Positions 26,460-26,716 of a stretch of 26,716 nucleotides of DNA are shown here, piece after piece. Each line of letters begins with the position of its first letter. Within the stretch, counting starts at the first letter, position 1. The notes beneath the pieces were generated by a model. That model was given only the letters and a program-made list of their open reading frames with translations. It had not been told where the DNA came from and made no database searches. The DNA is taken from positions 1 to 26,716 of the forward strand of contig JBNPEG010000234.1 in assembly GCA_051117555.1 (NCBI GenBank), in the 5' to 3' direction. The position numbers and the translations under genes are program-made. This stretch comes from Elainellaceae cyanobacterium (lineage in GTDB: Bacteria > Cyanobacteriota > Cyanobacteriia > CAZCXK01).

Positions 26460-26596
26460 ATAAGGGTATGAATCTATGCTGGGACAGGCACTTCCCCAAA
26501 TCTGAGGTAGTGCAGTAGCAAACGGATAGAGTGCTTCAGCATATTCACGCACTTGGAATAGCACAATGTCTTGCGACTCAATCGCGCCAAGTAATA
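26449..26596 (-). mobile_element. IS1-family remnant: transposase C-terminus plus terminal inverted repeat
   Basis: Minus frame 26596-26474 translates YYLARLSRKTLCYSKCVNMLKHSIRLLLHYLRFGEVPVPA*, typical of the cyanobacterial IS1 InsB C-terminus. The terminal sequence GGCGTTGCTGAATAAGGGTATGAA (26449-26472) lies immediately 3' of it. Confidence 0.8.
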
Positions 26597-26716
26597 CCAA
26601 TTCTCTAGAGACCGGCTACAGATAAAGCGTCCAAAATAGACTGCCTTCCTGCGATCGAGGCAACGATGGGAGGGGTTAAGGCGAGCAAACGCTCCCGTAT
26701 CAGTTGGCGCAACTCA

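Noticed and set aside
26334..26600. 88-aa minus-strand ORF in the ORF track
   Set aside because: Wrong frame. The IS1 transposase similarity is in the frame 26596-26474.
1..26716. Frequent GCGATCGC octamers as a novel repeat
   Set aside because: This is the well-known cyanobacterial HIP1 sequence.

Overview
Cyanobacterial DNA, judged from the very frequent HIP1 octamer GCGATCGC. From left to right: a membrane protein; a urate-catabolism pair (hpxO-type FAD urate hydroxylase and hydroxyisourate hydrolase); and a hybrid GAF-PAS histidine kinase with a REC-PAS response regulator. Next is an apparent replicon module: a 1105-aa Zn-finger/TOPRIM/SF2-helicase/HTH protein, an approximately 500-bp GATC-rich iteron-like repeat region, and a 552-aa Rep-like winged-helix protein with a C-terminal XRE HTH. 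Then come a co-oriented cysteate synthase and GH3 amido-synthetase pair (candidate N-acyl-sulfonate pathway) and pyrC. After pyrC lies an integrase-less array of four attC-like sites on the minus strand, carrying a pentapeptide gene, an ORF-less segment and a well-formed ComB-like gene cassette. An HxlR-regulated island follows, in which the regulator 5' end and divergent promoter were duplicated and the second regulator copy decayed. The window ends with small membrane proteins and an IS1-family remnant that truncates the last gene. All calls come from reading motifs by eye; no database searches were run.
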